Part shown: piece by piece, positions 35,084-44,156 of the stretch
Layout: every line of letters begins with the position of its first letter
Position numbering within the stretch: position 1 is the first letter of the stretch
Source of the DNA: an uncultured Clostridia bacterium
GTDB lineage: Bacteria > Bacillota > Clostridia > Christensenellales > UBA1242
DNA length: 64,000 bases
NCBI GenBank assembly: GCA_944384375.1
Contig: CALWTE010000002.1
Span: 538-64,537, forward strand
Reading direction: 5' to 3'
Made by a program: the position numbers and the translations under genes
Notes under the pieces: model-generated
What the model saw: the letters and a program-made list of their open reading frames with translations, nothing else
Database searches by the model: none
Told to the model about the DNA's origin: nothing

Positions 35084-36502
35084 CTAACTGTCCGTCTTGA
35101 TGTCAATAATTTTTTCTTTTTTAGGTTTAGAAGTCTTTTTCGTTGATTTTTTAGTCGTGGTTGTTTTCTTTGTTTTTGTCGTGCTTGATTTTTTCATAGT
35201 TTTGCTTGTAGTTTTCTTTGTTTTCTTGGTTTGGCTAAACTTTTTAGGATTTGCGATTTTCTTGAGTTTCTTTTCTTGTTTTTCAGTTAAAACAGCAATT
35301 TTTTCTGGAATTTCTGCTTCTAAATCTATTGCTTTGTGCGGTTCTAGTTTTTCACCTATCAAACTCTTGAAGAAACATCTTCTACGCCTAACTTGTTGAG
35401 TATCAAAAGATTTTAAAAATAATTGTTGGACTTTATAATTGTCTTCTAATTGTAGATTGGTTTCAGCAAATTTTATATGTGGGTACTTATCTTTTATTCT
35501 GCTTAGAATATTATGAAAAATTATAGACGTCAATGCCTTATCCTTGTATTCCCTACGCACACCGATTAGAGCCATTTCCACAACATCAAAATGCTTTATG
35601 TTTTTAAGCACTTTTACCCAACCAAACGGGAATAATTTACCCTGACAATCACGCAAAGATTGAGATAAACACGGGAAAACAATACCAACTCCGACAACTT
35701 TGCCGTCTTTATCCACGAGTACAGACATTAAGTCCTTGTTTAAAACCATTTTAAATTGGCTAACTAAACTATCACGCACTTCTTTTTTTATTGAGATTGT
35801 ACCATAAAGCACGCCGTACGCTTCGTCTAAAACGTCAAAAATTTGGTCATAATAATATTTAACTAACCAACTAATATTCTTTATTTTTAGTTCCTTGATA
35901 CCTAAACGTTTGGTAACATAGTCACAAAGTTTGGCCGTTCTTTCGTCACTATTAAATCTAGGCTTAAAGCGGTATTCTAGCCAGTCTACTTCCTTTACAT
36001 AGCCGTTTTGCTCAAATAAATCTTTATAATAAGGATAGTAATATTGAGTATTAAAGGTCGTTATCAAATCAAACCCCTCAATAAGCAGACCTTCACGCTC
36101 CATATCGTTAAAACCTAAAGGTCCGTGAATGATTGTCATCTCATGTTCTCTACCCCAATCTTCCACAGCGGTAAACAATAGTTTTGCTACTTCGCCATCG
36201 TTTATACAGTCAAAACGGCTAATGCGTACTCGTTTTTCGCCCGTCTTTTCATTATAAAGATTACTAATAATACCGCACACTCGTCCTACAATTTTATCAT
36301 TGTCATCAAGGCATAGAAAACACTGTGCTATAGCGTCTTCCCCCATATATGGGCTTTTTTTAGGGTTGAGTGCTTTTAATTCGTCTGATTCAAAAGGCGG
36401 TACAAAATATTCACAGCCTTTATATAATTCAAGTGGGAACTCTACAAAGTCCTTTAATTGTTTCTTGGTTGTTACTTGTTCTATTCTATACATTATATTC
36501 AT
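35084..36502 (-). CDS. GNAT-like acyltransferase family protein with C-terminal Lys/Thr-rich tail (472 aa)
   Basis: The N-terminal ~390 aa resemble a two-lobed GNAT-type fold family (…VGRVCGII…, …ALIGVRREYKDKALTSII…). The last ~70 aa are K/T/S low complexity. Confidence 0.45.
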   Translation of the reverse strand: MNIMYRIEQVTTKKQLKDFVEFPLELYKGCEYFVPPFESDELKALNPKKSPYMGEDAIAQCFLCLDDNDKIVGRVCGIISNLYNEKTGEKRVRISRFDCINDGEVAKLLFTAVEDWGREHEMTIIHGPLGFNDMEREGLLIEGFDLITTFNTQYYYPYYKDLFEQNGYVKEVDWLEYRFKPRFNSDERTAKLCDYVTKRLGIKELKIKNISWLVKYYYDQIFDVLDEAYGVLYGTISIKKEVRDSLVSQFKMVLNKDLMSVLVDKDGKVVGVGIVFPCLSQSLRDCQGKLFPFGWVKVLKNIKHFDVVEMALIGVRREYKDKALTSIIFHNILSRIKDKYPHIKFAETNLQLEDNYKVQQLFLKSFDTQQVRRRRCFFKSLIGEKLEPHKAIDLEAEIPEKIAVLTEKQEKKLKKIANPKKFSQTKKTKKTTSKTMKKSSTTKTKKTTTTKKSTKKTSKPKKEKIIDIKTDS

Positions 36503-36611
36503 TCCTTAATAAATGATTAAACAATTTAATTATAACAGCAAACGAAACAAAAATCATCTAATTTGGCATAATTTATCATAAAAAAAGAAAAAAATTCGCT
36601 AATTTTGCGAA

Positions 36612-37001
36612 TTAAAAAATATTTTGCCAGTCTATACCTACCATATTTTCAAAAGTTTCTACCACTCGTCTTAGGGTGTTACACTCAACTTTGGCTAGTT
36701 CAAAATCTTCATTTTCTAAGTGTGAAAGCACCAAATCTGCTTGTTTGCCTATTTGCTCGATATCTCTAAAATCAACAAACAAGCAAATGACGGCTTCTTT
36801 CTTCTCCCACTTGTCAATGATTTTTTGTGCTTGAACTTTGCTAGACTCTAAATCTTTGTTTTCAATTTCCATACTTAGAGTGCTAATTTCTTCTAGCATA
36901 GACGAAATGGAATTGTCGGTATAAACTTGCTCCCATGTGACAATTCCCGCTAATGCCACTACCAAAATTAAAATTGCTATTAATTTCTTAGTCATTTTCA
37001 C
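36612..37001 (-). CDS. DUF4363-family protein
   Basis: 129 aa with an N-terminal TM helix and a helical body. Sits immediately downstream of a DUF421 gene, as is typical. Confidence 0.6.
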   Translation of the reverse strand: MKMTKKLIAILILVVALAGIVTWEQVYTDNSISSMLEEISTLSMEIENKDLESSKVQAQKIIDKWEKKEAVICLFVDFRDIEQIGKQADLVLSHLENEDFELAKVECNTLRRVVETFENMVGIDWQNIF

Positions 37002-37751
37002 CTACCAATTCCCTTGATATTTTAATTGTAAGTTTTTAGAAGTGCCGTCAATAGTTTGAATATAGCACGCGCCACCTGTATCTATTGTAAATATAAGCAC
37101 GTCCTTTATTGACTCAATTTTTGCCTGTGAAAGTGCTTGCATTATGAAGTCTTCGTCAATTTGTGCCTTTTTTAAGTTTGAATTTACAATCTTGCCACCT
37201 GAAACCAAAATCATAGGCAACGTATTTTCTGGCGGATTGAGTTTTAAATTTTCATTCGTTACCGCTGCGCAACTTACCTTTGGAATTACTGTAATTGTAC
37301 CGTTTGTTTCCACAATAGCATAAAGCACATCTTCTATACTAAAATAGTCGCAACTGCGGATACCTTCCATTAAATCATCTAGCGACATATTTAATTCCTT
37401 TAGCGCTTGAAATTGAATTCCGTCAGGAGTAACGACTAGCACGGGTTTACCGTTGATGATTTTACGCATAAATATGCTTTTACGTGCGAGTGAGCAAACG
37501 ATAAAATGCAAAATGACCAAAGTCGTCAATGGTATTACGCTAAATAGTATCGGCATACTAGTTTGTGTCATAGGTAGAGATGCTATGTCGGCAATAAGCA
37601 ATGTAACGACTAACTCAAAGGGTTGCATCTCGCCTAACTGTCTTTTCCCCATTATGCGAAGATAAATTAAAACAACTAAATAAACAATTATAACTCTAAA
37701 TAAAATAATAACCATATCAATATTTTGTTGATATGGTTTGAAATTATGCAT
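37002..37751 (-). CDS. DUF421 / YetF-family membrane protein
   Basis: YLRIMGKRQLGEMQPFELVVTLLIADIAS matches the DUF421 N-terminal signature. 249 aa. Confidence 0.7.
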   Translation of the reverse strand: MHNFKPYQQNIDMVIILFRVIIVYLVVLIYLRIMGKRQLGEMQPFELVVTLLIADIASLPMTQTSMPILFSVIPLTTLVILHFIVCSLARKSIFMRKIINGKPVLVVTPDGIQFQALKELNMSLDDLMEGIRSCDYFSIEDVLYAIVETNGTITVIPKVSCAAVTNENLKLNPPENTLPMILVSGGKIVNSNLKKAQIDEDFIMQALSQAKIESIKDVLIFTIDTGGACYIQTIDGTSKNLQLKYQGNW

Positions 37752-37753
37752 AT

Positions 37754-39223
37754 TTAGGCTAATTTTTTATGCTTTTTTGGTTTAATTTTTACTAAAACGC
37801 TAGTAATGTCAATTAGTTTAAACATCCAGCAAAGTAGCGCAAAACTACCGCAACTAAGAATTGCACAAAGCGCTATTGTAACAAATTGTGGGAACACGTA
37901 CATAAGTAGCGGATAAGCCCATTTAGCAATTAATGTGGTAGGAATAATGAAAATTGTCATTAAAACAAGTGGTTTTACTAAGCCTAGTTTGATTTTTAAG
38001 TGGCGTTTTAGCATTAAAATATTTAACAGAGTAGTTACTATCATACAGCCACCGAACCCCCAAATAAGAGAATCTACGCCTAAGAACCCGCTCCCGAAAG
38101 TGACTACACCTAATAAAATCACGCCACCTAAAATGTTATTTATGAAACTTTTAACTTCTAAATTAAAGGCATTCAAAATACTACTTGTTATGTTACTAAG
38201 ACCTAAAGGAATCATTATCCACGCAGCACGGGCTAGATAGGTACCGCTAGTAGAGTTTGCGTAAAGGAATTCGCCGATAGGCTCGCCCACTCCCATATAA
38301 AACGGAATTACTGCGGCTGAAATAAATAGTGAGAACGCTAGGCACGAAACTATTCGGTTTTGTATTAATGTGTAATCTTTTTTTGCAATTGCAGTAGATA
38401 AATCAGGTATTAAAGTAAAACTTAAAGCACCCACGACTGTTGATGGCAAAAATAGTAGCGGAAATGTCATTCCCATAGCCATACCGTAATTTTCCATTGC
38501 TTGCTCATTTGTATAACCTGCTAAAACTAACATTGCTGGAAAAAACACGGCAATAATTGGTTGAATTAAACTACTCGTTACCCTTACGCCTGTAACTGGG
38601 GTTGCACTTTTAAAAATGGGCTTAAAGTAGTTTTTAGGGTTGCCGAGACGTTTGCCACTCTTTAAGTAAACTATTATTACTAATGTAGCACTCAACACAC
38701 AAGCAACGGACATTGATAGCCCTGCAATGCTTGCTCCATCGAGTGATGTAAACAACCAGTTTGCCATTATTACAAAGGCAATTATGCGTAAAACCTGCTC
38801 TGCAAGTTCTGTCCAACTGACGCTAAAATAACTTTGCGTACCCCACAATGAGCCACGAAAAGCCGAATATACGGCGCTCGCAATGACGGCTGGTAGTAAC
38901 GTGATTAGTATTGCCATACAGCGTTCGTCCGTAAATAGCCCTGATATAAAATCTTGAAAAATAAGTATTACAGCGCATAGAACTATAGATACGGCTAGTC
39001 CTATAATTAAGGCGCTAGTAGTTAAGGAATTTTCTGCCTTTATATCTTTAGTAACTCTATATGATGCCGTAAGTTTAGACACTGCAAGCGGAATTCCGCT
39101 AGATACAATAACTACAAGCACCATAAAGACAGAAAATGCCACTTGGTATACCCCCAGCATTTCTGCCCCTAATTCACGGGAAAGGTAAATTCTAAATATA
39201 AAACCAAAAAAGCGAGTAAGCAC
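37754..39223 (-). CDS. spoVB: SpoVB/MurJ-type MOP-family flippase; true start probably upstream at ATT 39272-39274
   Basis: Multi-TM protein. The FFGFIFRIYLSRELGAEMLGVYQ motif is typical of SpoVB/MurJ N-termini. The in-frame upstream segment KISTKSLFQSVLIVAGFS completes TM1. Confidence 0.65.
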   Translation of the reverse strand: MLTRFFGFIFRIYLSRELGAEMLGVYQVAFSVFMVLVVIVSSGIPLAVSKLTASYRVTKDIKAENSLTTSALIIGLAVSIVLCAVILIFQDFISGLFTDERCMAILITLLPAVIASAVYSAFRGSLWGTQSYFSVSWTELAEQVLRIIAFVIMANWLFTSLDGASIAGLSMSVACVLSATLVIIVYLKSGKRLGNPKNYFKPIFKSATPVTGVRVTSSLIQPIIAVFFPAMLVLAGYTNEQAMENYGMAMGMTFPLLFLPSTVVGALSFTLIPDLSTAIAKKDYTLIQNRIVSCLAFSLFISAAVIPFYMGVGEPIGEFLYANSTSGTYLARAAWIMIPLGLSNITSSILNAFNLEVKSFINNILGGVILLGVVTFGSGFLGVDSLIWGFGGCMIVTTLLNILMLKRHLKIKLGLVKPLVLMTIFIIPTTLIAKWAYPLLMYVFPQFVTIALCAILSCGSFALLCWMFKLIDITSVLVKIKPKKHKKLA

Positions 39224-39288
39224 GGAAAAACCAGCAACAATTAAAACTGATTGAAAAAGTGATTTTGTGCTAATTTTTGCTTACCCCC

Positions 39289-39606
39289 TTAGTCTATTTT
39301 TAACTGCATACCTACGAAAATTTTGGTTGATTTTAAGTTATTTATCTTAATTAATCTATCTACTGGCACGTTGTAAGTAGATGCAATATCGTATAATGTC
39401 TGCATAGGTTGAACTACAATTTTCCTTCTACCTATATCGGTTAGCCACAGCATACACCCTGCGTAAACACCGCTAAATAATGGGTTATTGCGAATTATAT
39501 CATCAGGCGAAATATTAAATTTTTGCGCAATACTATTTAAGGTGTCCCCTTCTACACAAGTATAAAGCAATTCATCAACTGCTGGTTTTTCTAAAACTTT
39601 AATCAT
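39289..39606 (-). CDS. Small protein with two LysM domains
   Basis: YTCVEGDTLNSIAQKFNISPDDIIRNNPL and VVQPMQTLYDIASTYNVPVDRLIKINNL. Confidence 0.8.
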   Translation of the reverse strand: MIKVLEKPAVDELLYTCVEGDTLNSIAQKFNISPDDIIRNNPLFSGVYAGCMLWLTDIGRRKIVVQPMQTLYDIASTYNVPVDRLIKINNLKSTKIFVGMQLKID

Positions 39607-39692
39607 ACATTATATTTATTTTTTTATTTTAGATTTTATAACTAAAAATAGAAAAAGTACTTTCTAAGAATAGCAAAATGGCTTATAAAACA

Positions 39693-39768
39693 AAAAATAC
39701 TACTCTATTTGTCCGCCCCCAAAAGTTATACTTTTGAAAGTGAGTCTCACTATAGAATAGTATTTTTT
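39693..39768. terminator. Long compound hairpin (outer stem plus two internal hairpins) with T-runs on both strands; bidirectional terminator-like
   Basis: Outer stem AATACTACTCTAT / ATAGAATAGTATT. Inner stems CAAAAGT-TAT-ACTTTTG and AGTGAG-T-CTCACT. Lies about 80 nt after the stop of the 1427-aa gene. Confidence 0.5.
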
Positions 39769-39850
39769 AATTTAGTCTTGCAATACTCTTTGGTGGTTTA
39801 GAAAGGGTATGCAAAATTATTAATATTCAAAATTATTAGGTAAAATTAGA

Positions 39851-42800
39851 TTAACTAATTTTTATTATGTTTGTCTTTTTGTGCTTTCTTGTCTTGCTGA
39901 TTACTATCCACGCAATGACTGCACCTAAGACAATTAATGCACCTAATGTTACGATACTAATACCAGCCGTTTGCTTAACTATTGCAATCTTCATATTTTC
40001 AGCATCAATACTAAATACAATTTTACCGTCAATAATTTGGTAAGATAGCAATTTTGCTTCGTTATTGTCGTTATATGCATACACGTAAACATTTGAATAG
40101 TCGTCAGTTTCATAATCTAGTTCTACCTTAACTACGGCCTCACTAGACTGGTTGTAACCTATTTCGTAAACCTTATCAACAGAACCGTTTACTGCATTTT
40201 CTGCACCTTGCAAATCTTTTATCTCGTCTAGAGTCAAGTTGATGTTTTCATTGTCAACATCGCCCGACTCAAAAACGACTGAACCGCCTGTAGTTTGATT
40301 TGTTGGAACTTCTACAATTTTTACATATCCACTAAAAGTATTATAGTTTGCGTTTACGTTGCCCGCTTCGTCGCAAATTTCTAGAATGTAGTCATGCTCG
40401 CCTATTTGATTAGAGGTAGAGCCGTCTAAGAAAGTAATTCTATAAGGCAAGTTGCACGCAATTTGTGGCTCAAATGCGCTACCAGAATATACAAAAATAT
40501 TTCTATAAACTACTATTTGAGCATCGGCTTTAGCAATACTGAATGAAATTTGCGTGCTTGCTGAATTGTAATTTTCATTACCAGCAAAACGAATGGTTGC
40601 AGTGTAGTCGCCCGCATTTATCGCACTGTCAACAACTTCGCCATTGCGGTAATAAGTGATAGTTAAATCACCCGTGCAATTCAAAGTGGCTGGAATTGTC
40701 TTATTTGTACCATCATAGATAAATTGAGTGTCTTCAACAGTAATAACTGCGTCTGCCTTTTGAATAGTTAAATAGGCTTCATTATAACTTAATTCGTAGT
40801 TAGGTTTGTCAATTGATGCTGTAATCTTGTAAGTACCAGCATCTTCCCCAGCTTCACGGCTTAAAGTAATTTCAACATTGCTGTTGCGAACTTGGTAAAT
40901 GTATGCTGGGTCGCTCTCGCCGTAAGTTTTAACTAGATTTGCAATATCTACAAATAGAGTGGCTGGTGTGATTGTAAACGTACCGCCTACAAAAATTATG
41001 TCATAGTTATCACTAGTGAGTGTGCCTTGTGTAATGTCATATTGCCCTGCGTCTTCGCCCGCAACACGACTTAACTTGCCACTAATTGCACTAGCAACAA
41101 AGTCCTTGTCTGCTGTCCAGATTAGTTCGGTATCATTTGCGCCAAATACTTTGCTTGTATTTTGAGCGATAATAGTAAGTTGCGCTTTAGTAATTGTTAA
41201 TTTTGCGTCATTTTCTTTAACTGTTACGTTGTAATTTCTATTTGCGCTTGATTTAAAAGTGAGTTTGTACTCGCCTACGTTTTCGCCGTATTCTCTAGTT
41301 ATATTTAAATTTAAAGTGTCGTTTGGCAATAACTCGCCTGAATTAATCGTATAAGTAAATTCAGGGTCACTAGCACCAAACTCTTTAGTAACTGAGTCTA
41401 AACTAATTTCAATAGTGCGTGGCTCAATAGTCAAAGTACCATTCAAAACTGTAGGTGAATAGTTTTTGTTTGCCCAGTCGGCAATTGAAATAACGTATCT
41501 ACCCACGTTTTCGCCTGCTACACGGGTAAAGGTGATTTTCCCTAAGTCGTCAATCGCACCACTCATTGTAGTTACAGTAAATTCAGGGTCGTTAGTACCA
41601 TATACTTTTGATACCGAATTAACACGCAAAACAACATTAATCGGTAAAATAGTAAAGACTTCTTCAAGGTAGTTAACTTGATAATTTGGGTTTAGCAAAT
41701 CTTCATTAACAAATAGCGCGTAACTGCCAGCGTCTTCGCCCGCTTCACGATTAATTTCAATACCTAAAACGTCGTCTTTTACAGTCTCGCCTGAAAGAAT
41801 TTCGTAAGTAAATTCGCTAGGGTCGTCTGTATTATAATATTTGTTTTGTCCACCTGTGATTGAAATGGTTATAGGTCGTTTATTTATAGTTAGTGTGGTT
41901 TCAGCACTGCCTGAATAATTGTCTTCGTTTAATGTTACTAAAATTGTGTACGTGCCTGCCGATACTGGAGTAACGGTTTCGCTATTTTGCAAATATTGAA
42001 TAGTGTATTTGTAGCCTAAATCTGCGTTGTACTCGTACTGTTCGCCGTCATAAACCTTAGATACGGTATCTAAACTCAATGTAATTTGTTTCTTTGATAC
42101 TTCAAATTCACCAGTTAGGACATTGCTTGCTGTCGCTGAATTTAATACATACGCGCCGTTTAAAGTGATTTTGTAGGTGTAAACACCTGCTGGCAAACTT
42201 ATGTTATAGTTTTCTGCAGTATAGGTTTTTTCGTTTGCATCAGTATATTCTATTGTGTAATTTAAAAAGTTTGCACTGTTAGTAATTTGTAGGTAATCGG
42301 CAAAATTTTGTACAGCATCGCTACTGTCTACAAAAGACAATTCGTTGTCGGTTACATCTAAGTTAACTAAAGTAAATGTGCCACTAGCAAAGTAAATTTC
42401 GTTATCAAGCAAGTAAACTGCGTTTACATAATCTTGCCCAACAAGAGTAGAGATAGGCTCGTCATAGAAGTTAGTAAATTGCCATGTTACACTCTCTATT
42501 ACTTCGGCTACGTCGGCATCAAACTGCACAACGTCATTTTCCACGCCTAAATATGTGATATTCACAATTCTACGGTAATCTAATCTGACGTTTGCCGTCT
42601 CGTTAACTGGGAATTCTATCCTATTATCCTCTACGAAAATTTCGCTTACTTGCTCACCATTAATTAAGTAAGCCTTATAGAAGATGTATTCAATATCGCC
42701 GTCTTTAATGCTAGGAGTGATTGTATAAGACACGTTTTGCCCGTACAAACCGCCTAAACTTGTTAGTACTGTAGAAGTTTTTTGTGAATCAAGTAAATTT

Positions 42801-44134
42801 TGTGTAATTGTATACTCACCTGGCACGGTAACATTGAATTTGGTGCTTGCTTCGTTACCAAACTCGTCAATAACTCTAATGTTTACGGTAAATTCCCCGC
42901 CTTTAGTAAAAGTAATCGTGTTTTCGCCGTTAGTTAAGGTTTTGCTCTCTAGAGTAGGAGTCGTGCCGTCAGTTGTATAGTAAATTGTTGTACTAGAATT
43001 ATCAACTACTGAAGTATTGAACTTGTATTCCCTTGCGGTAAGATTTAATGTAGTGTTTGCAATATTTTCGTCATCAAGAGAAGTAATAGTTACTTCGGGA
43101 GCGAAAACGTCAATTTTTTCTTCCACGTACTCAAAAGTAGTTTTATTGCCTACATTGTCATAAACGTCAATGTAGTATGTGCCATTTTCGGTTACGGTAA
43201 ATTCAGCACTGTTGTCCTTAGTATTTTCGGTAAAGTTAGCAATTTCAGTACCAGCGCTGTTTGGGTCTTGCCCTTTAAAGACAATTTTGTACAGCCCTGA
43301 TTGACTATCTGCAACATTAATCGTAACTGTCCTAGAATTTGTCCAGTCTGTTGTATTAAAGGTAAACAACTCTTTGGTACTAGATTGAGTAGGAGCGGTA
43401 ACATCCGTAGAGGTCAATGTAAAAGAAGGAGTACGTAAATAAACGTTTAAATTTCCTGAACAAAAAGTCGCAAAAAACCAATAAGTTTCACCACCATATG
43501 ATACACTGTAAGTAAATGTGTAAGTATTATCTTGTACCGCTATAGTATTATTTGTATTCCATGTAAAAACGTTAGTACCAATGTCATTATTTTTGTCTGA
43601 TTCATAGAGATATTCAACAGATGAACTAGTATTGTTTACCCCCGCTAATTTCACATTAACATTTACATTATATCCATCTAATACGGTATATGGTGTAATT
43701 GTCAAATAATTGTTTAGCCCTGCATTTTTTAAAGAATCACTTAAGTTTATAGTACTTGATAAAGTGGAATTTGGCTCTCCTAAAGCCCCCATAGAATTAC
43801 CTGCCGATTGCAAATAATTATGAAAGTAATCTGTACTATTCCTATCATTAGCGTTATTTGCAAAATTGTGGTCGTCGCTATATGTGAAAAAACTATTGAA
43901 AGTATTACTATCTTCACTAGAGCCATATAAATTATAGGTTAAAGTTTTAACATTATCTTTTAAAACTAAATCTTCGCTATCAACTTCTACTTTTACGGCT
44001 TGAGAATCCACACTATAATCCGACAAGTAAGCATTTGTCTTGTTTCCTGAAACAAATTGGAAAGGGAGCATTACCGCTATTGCCATAATGCTCAATATTG
44101 AAATCATTAAACTAAAACTTTTTGTTTTATTCAT
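39851..44134 (-). CDS. Giant cell-surface protein with multiple MBG-like repeats, signal peptide and C-terminal TM anchor (1427 aa)
   Basis: Repeating units of the type KVYGxxDPEFTYxxxSGxxxxDxLxxxxxREAGEDAGxYxI. C-terminal ISIVTLGALIVLGAVIAWIVI plus KTRKHKK. Confidence 0.8.
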   Translation of the reverse strand: MNKTKSFSLMISILSIMAIAVMLPFQFVSGNKTNAYLSDYSVDSQAVKVEVDSEDLVLKDNVKTLTYNLYGSSEDSNTFNSFFTYSDDHNFANNANDRNSTDYFHNYLQSAGNSMGALGEPNSTLSSTINLSDSLKNAGLNNYLTITPYTVLDGYNVNVNVKLAGVNNTSSSVEYLYESDKNNDIGTNVFTWNTNNTIAVQDNTYTFTYSVSYGGETYWFFATFCSGNLNVYLRTPSFTLTSTDVTAPTQSSTKELFTFNTTDWTNSRTVTINVADSQSGLYKIVFKGQDPNSAGTEIANFTENTKDNSAEFTVTENGTYYIDVYDNVGNKTTFEYVEEKIDVFAPEVTITSLDDENIANTTLNLTAREYKFNTSVVDNSSTTIYYTTDGTTPTLESKTLTNGENTITFTKGGEFTVNIRVIDEFGNEASTKFNVTVPGEYTITQNLLDSQKTSTVLTSLGGLYGQNVSYTITPSIKDGDIEYIFYKAYLINGEQVSEIFVEDNRIEFPVNETANVRLDYRRIVNITYLGVENDVVQFDADVAEVIESVTWQFTNFYDEPISTLVGQDYVNAVYLLDNEIYFASGTFTLVNLDVTDNELSFVDSSDAVQNFADYLQITNSANFLNYTIEYTDANEKTYTAENYNISLPAGVYTYKITLNGAYVLNSATASNVLTGEFEVSKKQITLSLDTVSKVYDGEQYEYNADLGYKYTIQYLQNSETVTPVSAGTYTILVTLNEDNYSGSAETTLTINKRPITISITGGQNKYYNTDDPSEFTYEILSGETVKDDVLGIEINREAGEDAGSYALFVNEDLLNPNYQVNYLEEVFTILPINVVLRVNSVSKVYGTNDPEFTVTTMSGAIDDLGKITFTRVAGENVGRYVISIADWANKNYSPTVLNGTLTIEPRTIEISLDSVTKEFGASDPEFTYTINSGELLPNDTLNLNITREYGENVGEYKLTFKSSANRNYNVTVKENDAKLTITKAQLTIIAQNTSKVFGANDTELIWTADKDFVASAISGKLSRVAGEDAGQYDITQGTLTSDNYDIIFVGGTFTITPATLFVDIANLVKTYGESDPAYIYQVRNSNVEITLSREAGEDAGTYKITASIDKPNYELSYNEAYLTIQKADAVITVEDTQFIYDGTNKTIPATLNCTGDLTITYYRNGEVVDSAINAGDYTATIRFAGNENYNSASTQISFSIAKADAQIVVYRNIFVYSGSAFEPQIACNLPYRITFLDGSTSNQIGEHDYILEICDEAGNVNANYNTFSGYVKIVEVPTNQTTGGSVVFESGDVDNENINLTLDEIKDLQGAENAVNGSVDKVYEIGYNQSSEAVVKVELDYETDDYSNVYVYAYNDNNEAKLLSYQIIDGKIVFSIDAENMKIAIVKQTAGISIVTLGALIVLGAVIAWIVISKTRKHKKTNIIKIS

Positions 44135-44156
44135 AATATTTTTACTTTCCTTTTAT

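Noticed and set aside
39693-39768. Three-way-junction-like fold as a riboswitch (for example purine type)
   Set aside because: The inner hairpin loops are only 1-3 nt, so they cannot form the loop-loop contacts of purine aptamers. No conserved riboswitch core sequence was recognised. The position right after a stop codon, with T-runs on both sides, fits a compound bidirectional terminator.
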